Shown one piece after another: positions 39,172 through 48,612 of a stretch of 64,000 bases of DNA; position 1 is the stretch's first letter; every line of letters begins with the position of its first letter. Position numbers and translations under genes: made by a program. This DNA comes from Thermodesulfobacteriota bacterium (GTDB lineage Bacteria; Desulfobacterota; Desulfobacteria; Desulfobacterales; SURF-7), in NCBI GenBank assembly GCA_049320885.1, contig JBMORA010000009.1, positions 64,001 to 128,000 of the forward strand, written 5' to 3'. The notes beneath the pieces are model-generated. The model saw only the letters and a program-made list of their open reading frames with translations, did no database searches and had not been told where the DNA came from.

Positions 39172-40809
39172 ATGAGATTTCAAAAAAGCAACGATGTATT
39201 GGGTACCGCTAACCGGGGAAATCCTGCGGAATCAGGTCTTTGTACACTCTGTCGGGCTGATTGCCAGGGCAAATGCGAAACCTGGCTGTCCAGCCTGGTA
39301 GGCCGTAAATTGTTGTATCCCAGGGATTTCGGTTTTGTGACGGCCGGTGCGAACAATACGACCCATGTCGGCGTGTCCTATAATTCTCTTCGCATTCAGG
39401 GATATGCCTACGGAGCTCATGGACTGAGCCAGAATTTGACCAATAATCCGGACGACTGTATTTTCCCGAATGTGGATCTGACATCCGAATTCGGTTACGA
39501 GGTTAAAACCAAATCGAAAATTCCGTTGATGACCGGAGCGCTTGGCTCCACCTTCATCGCGGCCAAATACTGGGATGCGTTCGCAGTGGGCGGGGCGTTG
39601 ATCGGGATTCCCATCGTTGTGGGAGAAAATGTCGTGGGCGTGGACAAGGAATCCACCATCACCAACGGCAAAGTCACCAAATCGCCGGAACTGGATCGCC
39701 GCATTGACACCTATCTGCGGTATTACGACGGTTATGGCGCCATCATTGTCCAGATGAATGTCGAGGATACGCGGAATGGTGTGGCCGAATATGTGGCCAA
39801 AAAATACGGTGACAAGTGCATTATCGAGCTCAAATGGGGTCAGGGCGCCAAGGATATCGGCGGAGAGATCCAGGTTTCCAGCCTGGAATATGCCCTTTTC
39901 CTGAAGAAAAGAGGCTATGTGGTGGATCCCAATCCGGAATTGCCCGAAGTCCAGGAAGCCTTCAAACAGGGTGCGATCAAATCATTCGCCCGACACAGCC
40001 GTCTCGGTGGCACCAATCTGGATACGGTCGAATTGGTTCGCGAAGATTTCATGAAGAGTGTCGATTACCTGAGATCCCTCGGCTTTAAACGGATTTCCCT
40101 TAAAACCGGTTCCTATGGGATGGAAGAACTCGCCATGGCCATCAAGTTCGCCACCGATGCCAAAATGGATCTGCTGACCATCGACGGTTCCGGCGGCGGC
40201 ACCGGCATGAGTCCCTGGAACATGATGCAAAGCTGGGGCGTACCCTCCATCAACCTGCACGCCAAGGCATACGAATATGCCAGCATTCTGGCCGCCAAGG
40301 GTCAACGCGTGGTCGATCTTTCGTTCGCCGGCGGATTCGCGCTGGAAGACAGCATTTTTAAAGGCCTGGCGCTGGGCGCGCCGTATACCAAACTGATTTG
40401 CATGGGCCGCGCCATCATGGTTCCCGGCTTTGTGGGTGCCAATATCGAGGGTGTGTTGCATCCCGACCGCAAGGAAAAAGTGAACGGGAACTGGTCTGAA
40501 CTGCCCAAAACCGTCACCAGTATCGGCAGCAGCGCGGAGGAAATTTTCGCTTCTTATTTCGATGTCCAGAAAAAAGTCGGCAAGAATGAAATGAAAAACA
40601 TTCCCCTCGGCGCCATCGCCATCTGGACCATGGCGGATAAACTGTCCTGCGGATTGCAGCAGCTGATGGCCGGCGCTCGCAAATTCTCGGTCAATCAGTT
40701 GAGCCGCCGCGACATTTTTGCCGCAAACCGGGAAACCGCCAAGGAGACCGGCATTGCTCATATTTCCGACATCAATGATGAAACCGCCAGGAAAATCCTG
40801 AATTCCTAG
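39172..40809 (+). CDS. Stand-alone FMN-binding glutamate synthase family protein
   Basis: ELKWGQGAK, LKTG, IDGSGGGTGMSP, KGLALGA, MGRA; N-terminal CTLCRADCQGKC; AGGAG RBS. Confidence 0.88.
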   Translation: MRFQKSNDVLGTANRGNPAESGLCTLCRADCQGKCETWLSSLVGRKLLYPRDFGFVTAGANNTTHVGVSYNSLRIQGYAYGAHGLSQNLTNNPDDCIFPNVDLTSEFGYEVKTKSKIPLMTGALGSTFIAAKYWDAFAVGGALIGIPIVVGENVVGVDKESTITNGKVTKSPELDRRIDTYLRYYDGYGAIIVQMNVEDTRNGVAEYVAKKYGDKCIIELKWGQGAKDIGGEIQVSSLEYALFLKKRGYVVDPNPELPEVQEAFKQGAIKSFARHSRLGGTNLDTVELVREDFMKSVDYLRSLGFKRISLKTGSYGMEELAMAIKFATDAKMDLLTIDGSGGGTGMSPWNMMQSWGVPSINLHAKAYEYASILAAKGQRVVDLSFAGGFALEDSIFKGLALGAPYTKLICMGRAIMVPGFVGANIEGVLHPDRKEKVNGNWSELPKTVTSIGSSAEEIFASYFDVQKKVGKNEMKNIPLGAIAIWTMADKLSCGLQQLMAGARKFSVNQLSRRDIFAANRETAKETGIAHISDINDETARKILNS

Positions 40810-40839
40810 GCAACGCTCATCCCGGAATCCATTAAAGAG

Positions 40840-40870
40840 AGGCCGTCCGCTTTCATCGGGCGGCCTTTTT
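40840..40870. terminator. Intrinsic terminator between convergent genes
   Basis: AGGCCGTCCG-loop-CGGGCGGCCT followed by T-run. Confidence 0.75.
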
Positions 40871-42171
40871 TATTTCAGCTTGATCCATAGAATGACGGCA
40901 GGCTGGCTGCCGGTATTCTTCCATTGCGACGGGGTGGTTTCCGCCAGATAGATGGTATCCCCCGCCTGGAGCGTCTGTACTTCGTTTTTCATGATCACCT
41001 CCAGGGTGCCCTCAAGGAGATATCCCAGTTCTTCGCCCTTATGAATGAAAAAATGGGCGGGCAGCTTTTTCCGGGCTGGAATCTGGATCAGGTATGGCTC
41101 GGCCTTGCCGTTGAAATCCGGAGGGGTCAGCATTTTTCCCGTTATGCAACCCTTGGGCAGGTCGGTAAAATGGACCGGTACGCTCGAGTCAGCCTGGAAA
41201 ACCAAGCGCCGGCGCGTTTCGTTTTTATCCTGGAAAAAAGCTCCGACGGAAACGGAAAGGTTTTCGGCCATTTTAAATAAAGCCGGCAGGGACGGATAAA
41301 TCAGATTGCTTTCCACTTGCGATATGGTGCTCGGCGTCACGCCGATCATGCTGGCCAGTTCCTTTTGGGAGAGCCCCTGCTTTTGTCGTATCGTCTTGAT
41401 TCGTTTACCCAATTCATAGATATCGAACGCCTGGCGGCTCTTTTCAAAACCGATGTCGGCGCCTTCGCTGACGTACTGGAACGGTTCGTTCAGGTTTTCC
41501 GGGTTGCGTTTTTCCGCTTTCAGAATGGTGAGGGTGGTTTTTCCCCTTTTAATGGCCAGATCCACGGCAACCTGGGCGATTTGATTGATATGGGCTTTCA
41601 GGCGGCTGGAATGGGCGCCTTTTTCAACAACCCAATACGCAATGGTATCCAGTTCGTACAGACGGGGGCAGGACCGGGAGTAGAATTTCAGAACATGTTC
41701 CTCCCCTTCCCATAAATCCTGCATGCCGGTAAGGCTTTCAATGACAAAACGAACATCCCCCAACATGGTTTTATGCAGGCCGTAAATGGCTTCGGCGACT
41801 TTTTCCGGCTTCCAGGGTTCATTGACCTTGATAATCTGATACGGCCATTGGGCTCCGTCTTTCTCATAAAACTTGTTGAAGATTTCCGAGCCATCCCCCT
41901 TACCGTTGGTAAAACAGTCCAGAATCGTCAGGTTTTGGTTTTCCCCCAGGGAGCCGAGTTTCTCCAACAGGTTTTTCGGGGAACGGTCGAAACTGACATA
42001 GATGATCGGTTTGTTTTGAATCTGGGATTCCCGGATGAAATTCATACAGAAAACCGCCGCAAGGCTTCCGGCGTCATCATACCAGATCACATTGTCGCCA
42101 ATATACAGTCCGCCAAGCAACTGGTCCAGCTGATTGACGCCGGATGAAACCCGTTTTTTCCTGGCCGGCAT
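40870..42171 (-). CDS. XRE-HTH/cupin regulator with N-terminal RecA/KaiC-like domain
   Basis: SSGVNQLDQLLGG..; IRQKQGLSQKELA..STISQVE..PSL; HKGEELGYLLEG cupin; GGAGG RBS. Confidence 0.85.
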   Translation of the reverse strand: MPARKKRVSSGVNQLDQLLGGLYIGDNVIWYDDAGSLAAVFCMNFIRESQIQNKPIIYVSFDRSPKNLLEKLGSLGENQNLTILDCFTNGKGDGSEIFNKFYEKDGAQWPYQIIKVNEPWKPEKVAEAIYGLHKTMLGDVRFVIESLTGMQDLWEGEEHVLKFYSRSCPRLYELDTIAYWVVEKGAHSSRLKAHINQIAQVAVDLAIKRGKTTLTILKAEKRNPENLNEPFQYVSEGADIGFEKSRQAFDIYELGKRIKTIRQKQGLSQKELASMIGVTPSTISQVESNLIYPSLPALFKMAENLSVSVGAFFQDKNETRRRLVFQADSSVPVHFTDLPKGCITGKMLTPPDFNGKAEPYLIQIPARKKLPAHFFIHKGEELGYLLEGTLEVIMKNEVQTLQAGDTIYLAETTPSQWKNTGSQPAVILWIKLK

Positions 42172-42203
42172 GGTTGCGACATCCTCCAATGATTGGTTCT
42201 CCG

Positions 42204-43160
42204 TCATTTGGCTGTAAAGGTCAACCTGGTCCCCGACATATTCAACAGGAATTGGTCCGGCATTTGTGTTTCAATATAGTGGACTGCCGACCGTCCGGTG
42301 CAATGGGTTGGAACCACATATTCGGGTTGTAAGGCTTTCAGGGCTTCAACCGTCGGCTTGACGACACGGTCCATATCCGCCCCGGAAAGATGGAACCCTC
42401 CGATGACGGCGCAAATCCGGTCGACACCGGTGACAGATCGGGCTTGATGCACTGTGTTGACGATGCCGGAATGGGCGCAACCGGATAGAATCACCAAGCC
42501 TCTACCAGCGACATGAAAAACCAGCGCCGAATCGTCTTCAATGGGATCCGGTTTGGCTTCGCCCTGTTCTTCGCACCAAAGATTCGGGGCGCCTTTTTCA
42601 AATTCGGTGATCCTCGGGATTTCCCCCAGGAAAAGCGCCGACCGGTCCAGCAGGAAATAGGGCCGTTCGGTTTCAACGATTCTGGCGCCGGCGCTGATGG
42701 CTTTTTCCCGGGTAAAGGCAGGGAAAACGAGTTTAAAATCGTCTGTGATCTTGAGATAGCGGGGGTTTTTGAAAGCCGCGGGATGAAGCACCAGTTCGAG
42801 ACCCGTTTTCCCGGTCATCTGGATTAACGGTCGCATGCCGCCCACATGGTCCAGATGTCCATGGGACAAGGCCAGGGCCTCCACTCCGGTCAAATCGGCC
42901 TGCAAGGCGTCTGCATTGAAGGCGGCTCCGTGCTCGGAAAAACCGAAATCAAACAGCAGGGATCGCCGGCCGGATGAGCCGGTGACGGTGGCCAGGGTGG
43001 AAAAACCATGTTCGGCCAGAATGCTGTTTTTGATTTCGAGGCCTTTCAACGGCATGGCCCGCTGAATCACGGAAGAATTGTCCTGGGACACCAGGTCGAT
43101 AAAATTATCCTGCAGGGTGAGGATTTCCACTTTGGCAACTTCCGCGAGTTGCTGATTCAT
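42204..43160 (-). CDS. MBL-fold metallo-hydrolase (7,8-dihydropterin-RFA-P synthase-like family)
   Basis: AEHGFS, LSHGHLDHVGG, GCAHSG, GGFHL, PTHCTG. Confidence 0.88.
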   Translation of the reverse strand: MNQQLAEVAKVEILTLQDNFIDLVSQDNSSVIQRAMPLKGLEIKNSILAEHGFSTLATVTGSSGRRSLLFDFGFSEHGAAFNADALQADLTGVEALALSHGHLDHVGGMRPLIQMTGKTGLELVLHPAAFKNPRYLKITDDFKLVFPAFTREKAISAGARIVETERPYFLLDRSALFLGEIPRITEFEKGAPNLWCEEQGEAKPDPIEDDSALVFHVAGRGLVILSGCAHSGIVNTVHQARSVTGVDRICAVIGGFHLSGADMDRVVKPTVEALKALQPEYVVPTHCTGRSAVHYIETQMPDQFLLNMSGTRLTFTAK

Positions 43161-43172
43161 GGGCTTGTCTCC

Positions 43173-43679
43173 TTATTGAAAACAAATATCTTTCAGAAGG
43201 TCATCGATACCAAGTCGCGTCAGCCGGATTCTAAGAAATTCCGAGATGGTCGGTTGATAGGGTTTGACGGACAGCACCATCCCGGCTTCCCGCGGTGTCC
43301 TTGCTCCCTTTTTGCTGTTGCAATTCCGGCAGCTGGCAACGCAATTATCAAAGGAGGATGCGCCGCCCTGCCGTTTCGGCACAATGTGGTCAATGGTCAA
43401 TTCATTGGATTCCGTTCTGCAATAGGCGCATTTGAAGCCGTCGCGAATCAGCACGTTTCGTTTGCTGAAAGGGACCTTGCTGCGGTAAATGGTTCGGATG
43501 AATTTGACGAGTTTCATGACCGTCGGGATTTTAATCGCCAGACCCTCCACATTTCTGATGATTCTTTCCGAATAGCTCAAGACTTCCACTTTGTCCTTGA
43601 TCATTAAGCGCATGGCCCGTTTCCAGTCCACGACATTGAGAAATGAATAATCCGCATTCAGCAAAATGCATGGAATCAT
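43173..43679 (-). CDS. HNH endonuclease
   Basis: LLNADY, RDGFKCAYC, TIDHIVP..GG, NCVASCRNCNSKKG. Confidence 0.92.
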   Translation of the reverse strand: MIPCILLNADYSFLNVVDWKRAMRLMIKDKVEVLSYSERIIRNVEGLAIKIPTVMKLVKFIRTIYRSKVPFSKRNVLIRDGFKCAYCRTESNELTIDHIVPKRQGGASSFDNCVASCRNCNSKKGARTPREAGMVLSVKPYQPTISEFLRIRLTRLGIDDLLKDICFQ

Positions 43680-43839
43680 GGATTCCTCCATCCACCCGTT
43701 TCGCCGGTATCAACTGAGTGCTGCCGGAGCTTCCGGCCGAACGATTTCCGTGGTTGTAATTTTCCTTTTATAAATATACGGGGTGCTTTTCGTCAAGGAC
43801 ACCGGGCGGCGCACGTCGATCCGTCTTCCCGTGAAACCG

Positions 43840-44172
43840 TCAGGGCGTCATCAGATGTCCGATCACGTCGCCAGTGTCCACCACTTCGTCGGTTTTGTCT
43901 TCATACCAGTGCAGCAGTCGCATTTCCGGACCGAACACGAAATAAAACGCCGTCCCGACGGCGGCATCGTCGGTCAGGTAATATTTCATATAGTAGTAAC
44001 CGTCTGCTTTTTTTCCGGACCACACCGGTTTATCCAGCCGTTCGGTCAGATCGGACCTCGTCATGCCGGGCCGGATTTGCTTCAACGCCTTTTTGGAGGA
44101 ATATGCGGCGCAGCCGAATGTCAGGCAGCTTATCACGACCAGCAACATCACTCCTTGTATTGTTCTCATCAT
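43840..44172 (-). CDS. Small lipoprotein (SmpA/OmlA-like motif)
   Basis: Lipobox LTFGC; QIRPGMTRSDL..L.KP. Confidence 0.65.
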   Translation of the reverse strand: MMRTIQGVMLLVVISCLTFGCAAYSSKKALKQIRPGMTRSDLTERLDKPVWSGKKADGYYYMKYYLTDDAAVGTAFYFVFGPEMRLLHWYEDKTDEVVDTGDVIGHLMTP

Positions 44173-44176
44173 ATGG

Positions 44177-45988
44177 TTATCCGATTTGTTCAATGACGCC
44201 GCGGTTGTCTGTATACATGGCATCCAGCAGCTCCTTGTATTTCGCTTCCACGATTTTTCGCCGGACTTTCATCGTGGGGGTCAGTTCGCCTGTTTCAACC
44301 GTCAACGGTTTGGGAAGAATTGAAAATTTTTTAATGGTTTCAAAACGGGCCAGGCGGCGGTTGATGTCATCGACAGCCTGTTGGATTTCCGCGATGAGGC
44401 TTTCGCTGCGGATCAACTCCTGAAATTCCAGTTCCCCATATCCTTTGGCTTTGCCCCAGGCCGTAAGATTTTCCGGCGAGAGCGACAAGAGAGCCGTCAA
44501 ATAATTCCGGCGATCGCCGTGAACCATGGCCAGTTCGATCAGGGGGTGATTCATCAAGAGATTTTCGATATTCGATGGAGTCACATTCTTGCCGCCGGAA
44601 GTGACGATGATTTCCTTCTTTCTACCGGTGATCCACAGATACCCGTCGTCGTCCAATTTCCCCAGATCCCCGGTATAAATCCAGCCATCGGGGGTTAGGG
44701 TCGTCCGGTTTAATTCCGGTTGGTTCAGGTATCCCGGGAATACGATATCCCCTCTTACCATGATTTCGCCGTCCGCGGCTATTTTCAGTTCAATACCGGG
44801 GAGCGGCCTGCCCACGGAGCCGAAGCGATAGGCTTCCGGTGTGCAGAGGGTGCAGAAACACGATACTTCCGTCTGGCCGTATCCCTCCAGGACCAGCATT
44901 CCGCAGGCATGAAAAAATTCGAGAATATCCACCGATATGGGCGCGGAGGATGACAAAAAATAGCGTACCCGGCCGCCGAAGATATTTCTGATTTTTCGAA
45001 AGACCAAGCGGTCGGCCAGCTGATATTGCAGCTGCAGCAAGAGAGGTATCGAAAGCCGTTTCTGCTTTCTCCTGCTCACGGATCGGCCGGTGCCTTCCGC
45101 CCATTGAAAAAGACCGCGCTTGAAAGGGGAGGCATTGGCGACTTCCGAGCGGATACGGGCATAGGCTTTTTCGAAAATTCGCGGGACGCTGCCGAAAAAG
45201 GTCGGACGGATTTCGACGATATCCTCCAGAATCCGGGAGATGTCTTTCACATAAGCCGCCGTTATGCCCCTTGAGATCCGCATGTATTGTCCGGCCACGC
45301 GTTCACCCACATGGGAGAGGGGCAAAAAAAACATCATCAGATTCCCGAGCCTGTCGTCGCCGATCACCTCCGCTGCTTTCAATTCGGCCAGGATATTTTT
45401 GTGCGTTAGGCAGGCGCCTTTGGGAGGGCCGGTGGTGCCGGAAGTATAAATGATGATGGCCACATCCTCGGGACGGATGGACTGTTCAACCCGTTTGACC
45501 ATATCGGGGTCTTGTTTCAGGGCCTCCGTCCCGCCTGCCAGGAAATCCTTCAAGGCGGTGGTCTTCGGCAGATGGGTGCCGCCGTCCCATACGACAATCT
45601 GGCGGAGATGAATCAATTTGTCCAGAAAGGGAAGCAGCTTCTGCAGCAGGTCTTCGTTTTCGACAAACAGAACGGTGGATTTTGAATCCTCCAGAATGTA
45701 GGCGGATTGTTCGCCGGACAGGGTCTGGTAAATGCCGACGCTGATGCCGCCGCAACACAGAATCGCCAGATCCGTCAAGGTCCATTCCAGCCTCGTATTG
45801 CCCAGAATCGAGACCGTATCGCCGGGTTTTACCCCTGAAGAGACGAGGGCGGCGCCGATCTGGTCCACCCGGGATTCCACTTCCCGCCAGGTCACCGGAT
45901 GCCAATCCCCGCCCTGTTTGATCAGGAATCCCGCTTTTTCACTATCCACCCGGCAGCGCTGCCGAATCATGTCCGGTAAATGTCGCAT
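44177..45988 (-). CDS. Long-chain fatty acid--CoA ligase
   Basis: YTSGTTGPPKG, LPLSH, EGYGQTE, TGDLG, GRKKE..GGKNV.P. Confidence 0.93.
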   Translation of the reverse strand: MRHLPDMIRQRCRVDSEKAGFLIKQGGDWHPVTWREVESRVDQIGAALVSSGVKPGDTVSILGNTRLEWTLTDLAILCCGGISVGIYQTLSGEQSAYILEDSKSTVLFVENEDLLQKLLPFLDKLIHLRQIVVWDGGTHLPKTTALKDFLAGGTEALKQDPDMVKRVEQSIRPEDVAIIIYTSGTTGPPKGACLTHKNILAELKAAEVIGDDRLGNLMMFFLPLSHVGERVAGQYMRISRGITAAYVKDISRILEDIVEIRPTFFGSVPRIFEKAYARIRSEVANASPFKRGLFQWAEGTGRSVSRRKQKRLSIPLLLQLQYQLADRLVFRKIRNIFGGRVRYFLSSSAPISVDILEFFHACGMLVLEGYGQTEVSCFCTLCTPEAYRFGSVGRPLPGIELKIAADGEIMVRGDIVFPGYLNQPELNRTTLTPDGWIYTGDLGKLDDDGYLWITGRKKEIIVTSGGKNVTPSNIENLLMNHPLIELAMVHGDRRNYLTALLSLSPENLTAWGKAKGYGELEFQELIRSESLIAEIQQAVDDINRRLARFETIKKFSILPKPLTVETGELTPTMKVRRKIVEAKYKELLDAMYTDNRGVIEQIG

Positions 45989-46255
45989 TTCTATCCTCCG
46001 TGACTTCTTGCCGTGTTACAAGAAAAGCTGGAAAGGATGGTTCACCAGATAAATCACAATCTGTTTTGAACGTCAAACAGGATTCAAACCCCGGGTCCGG
46101 ATCCCAACCGGCGCCGTTGAAATGATTCGGGGGTTTGACCTTGACGGCGCCGGCATCGATCCCGTATAGTTCCCACAGCGATGCCGGGTTGAAAGGCCGG
46201 CCTTTCAGTCGACGATGCCTTCCCGGCTATTTTTCGATGGATACAACGGAATCTC

Positions 46256-47071
46256 ATGCTGCGGCGCTTTTCAGACAACTCCGATCTGTTCAGGCATCTC
46301 CTTGGAAAACTGAATCCGTTTGCGGGGGCGCCTGGATTTTTCGCCATGGACGCAGCTGACAAGGCCGCCGCTTCCTCCGTTCTTTTTCTGCTGGGCGACT
46401 GCAATGGGGAACCCTGCCTGATTCTCAACAAACGCTCCCGACACGTACGTCAGCCGGGTGATCTTTGTTGTCCCGGCGGCGGCATACACTCCCGTCTGGA
46501 TCCGGTATTGGCCAAAGTGATTGCTCTTCCGTTCCTCCCCCTCGGGAGATGGCCTTATTGGAAGGGATGGCGGCGGCGGACGCCACGTAGAGCCAGGCTG
46601 TTATCCCTGTTGCTGGCCACCGGGTTGCGGGAAGGCGTGGAAGAGATGCGGTTGAATCCGTTCCGGGTACGGTTTTTGGGGGTCCTGCCGCCCGAGCCGC
46701 TGGTCATGTTCCGGCGCACGATTTATCCCATGGTGGCTTGGCTCCCTCACCCGCAGCGCTTTTATACCAACTGGGAAGTGGAAAAGATCGTATCCATTCC
46801 CCTGAGTGCGCTGCTCGATCCGGAGCGATACCGGCAGCTTCATCTGTATCTCGGGCAATCGGAGGAAGACAGCGGGGATGTTCCTGAAGGGATGGTCCTG
46901 CCCTGCTTTGTCCATGAGACCCCTTCCGGCGGGGAGCTTCTCTGGGGCGCAACCTATCGTATCACCACTGTATTTTTAAAAATGGCCTTCGACTTCAGCC
47001 CTCCCCCGGCGGCGGCCCTCCCGAGTGTCGCCGGTTTCCTGGATCAGCGGTATCTGGGAGGGGGGAAATGA
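46256..47071 (+). CDS. CoA pyrophosphatase-like NUDIX protein with interrupted Nudix box
   Basis: LNKRS..QPGDLCCPGG..LREGVEE; NWEV; LWGAT. Confidence 0.8.
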   Translation: MLRRFSDNSDLFRHLLGKLNPFAGAPGFFAMDAADKAAASSVLFLLGDCNGEPCLILNKRSRHVRQPGDLCCPGGGIHSRLDPVLAKVIALPFLPLGRWPYWKGWRRRTPRRARLLSLLLATGLREGVEEMRLNPFRVRFLGVLPPEPLVMFRRTIYPMVAWLPHPQRFYTNWEVEKIVSIPLSALLDPERYRQLHLYLGQSEEDSGDVPEGMVLPCFVHETPSGGELLWGATYRITTVFLKMAFDFSPPPAAALPSVAGFLDQRYLGGGK

Positions 47072-47123
47072 ACGGCCGCGGCTGTTGTTTTCAATCAATT
47101 GAAGATCTGACCAAGGAGTCGAG

Positions 47124-47690
47124 ATGAATCCAGATGACGCTCTGCCGGGTGAAAAGATCCATACCCGCAATATCGACGTATCCACCTATTCCATGGGAGA
47201 AAAATGCATCATCGTTGAGGGGATTCTGCGGGACGACCGGTTGAAACCGTATTACCGGATGACGGGTGAACAGCACCCTCCCCACACCGTTCACTGCATG
47301 GCCATCCGCATGCAGGTGTCCGGCGATGACCTCACCATCACGGATATCACCGCACGGTTTGACTCCTTCCCCCAGGCCGATTGCCCGAAGACCGCTGGAA
47401 GTCTGACCCAACTCATCGGGTGGAAGATCGCGCCCGGGTTCACCCAGAAAGTGAAGAATCTGATCGGTGGTAATACCGGCTGCGCGCACCTGACCGCCTT
47501 GTTGATGGCCATGGCCCCGGCAGCCGTCCAGGGGTACTGGAGCAACCGCTCTCAAAAGCCGCGGGATGAGAACATCCCGGTCGAGATCATGAATCAATTC
47601 CTGATCGACACTTGCTGGGTTTGGCGGCGGGAAGGGCCGCTGGCCCAAAGCATCCTGGCCGCAACCCAACCGGCGAAGCAAAAGACCTGA
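47124..47690 (+). CDS. DUF2889 domain protein
   Basis: HTRNI, H.M, P..DC, GCAHL, DTC motifs. Confidence 0.8.
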   Translation: MNPDDALPGEKIHTRNIDVSTYSMGEKCIIVEGILRDDRLKPYYRMTGEQHPPHTVHCMAIRMQVSGDDLTITDITARFDSFPQADCPKTAGSLTQLIGWKIAPGFTQKVKNLIGGNTGCAHLTALLMAMAPAAVQGYWSNRSQKPRDENIPVEIMNQFLIDTCWVWRREGPLAQSILAATQPAKQKT

Positions 47691-47748
47691 CAGGATAGAC
47701 TTCCGAAAATTGGCGGCCCCGGTTTCCAGGGGCAGCGGGGACCAATTG

Positions 47749-48510
47749 TCAGGGGCGTTGACGGATACCGGACGGCTTGATGTCTACTTCCAAGCGCACC
47801 ATCTGCCTTTTGATCCATGCGCTTCTACCCCGTACATAAGGAGACGGGTTACGCACTTTCAGAAGCCGCGGATTTGGCAGCACGGCGGCCAGCAAGGCGG
47901 CTTCGTCCCTGGAGATGTGTGTGGCGGAACTTCTACCGAGCAGCTTTTCCGCCGCCGCGCCTACACCATAAATGCCGTCGCCGAATTCCGCGATATTCAC
48001 GTATACTTCCAGGACCCTTTTTTTACTCCACAGCAGTTCGATCAGGACTGTGAAATAGGCTTCCAGGCCTTTCCGGAGATAACTTTTCCCGGACCAGAGG
48101 AACAGGTTTTTGGCCACCTGCTGGGTGATGGTGCTGGCCCCCCGCAACCGCCGGCCCCGGTGGTTGCGTCTCACCGCCTTGGCGATGGATTCAAAATCAA
48201 AGCCCCAATGATCCAGAAATTTTTGATCTTCCGAAGCCATCACCGCCAAAAAGACATGCGGTGAAATCGATTCCCAGGCTGTCCAGTTGTAATGGAGCCC
48301 CCGATTCCGTTCCCGGCTGAAAAATTTTTGCAGCTGTCTTTCCAGAATAAAGGCGCTGGTGGGAGGCGGCAGCCAGCGAAGACATAGCACCAGGGCGGCC
48401 GACAATAACACCGCGGCACCGATCACGCGAAAGATCCGCCGCATGATCGGTGAGCCGCTTCCGGGTGGATGACCTGCCTTTTGGATGGGTTGTTTCTTCA
48501 TGGTTTCCAT
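47749..48510 (-). CDS. mtgA: Monofunctional peptidoglycan transglycosylase
   Basis: SEDQKF..HWGFD, RGASTITQQVAKNLFL, RKGLE, LPNP. Confidence 0.95.
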   Translation of the reverse strand: METMKKQPIQKAGHPPGSGSPIMRRIFRVIGAAVLLSAALVLCLRWLPPPTSAFILERQLQKFFSRERNRGLHYNWTAWESISPHVFLAVMASEDQKFLDHWGFDFESIAKAVRRNHRGRRLRGASTITQQVAKNLFLWSGKSYLRKGLEAYFTVLIELLWSKKRVLEVYVNIAEFGDGIYGVGAAAEKLLGRSSATHISRDEAALLAAVLPNPRLLKVRNPSPYVRGRSAWIKRQMVRLEVDIKPSGIRQRP

Positions 48511-48612
48511 TCCGGATCAGAGCACCATGGAGAAAGCCTGGAATGAGCTGATCACCGACGGAACCGTCGCCGGGAATTTGAATCGATATCTGCCATAGCT
48601 GTCCATGGGCGG

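Noticed and set aside
43173..43679. HNH nuclease as a defence or mobile element
   Set aside because: Ordinary stand-alone family with no methylase, repeats or element ends nearby
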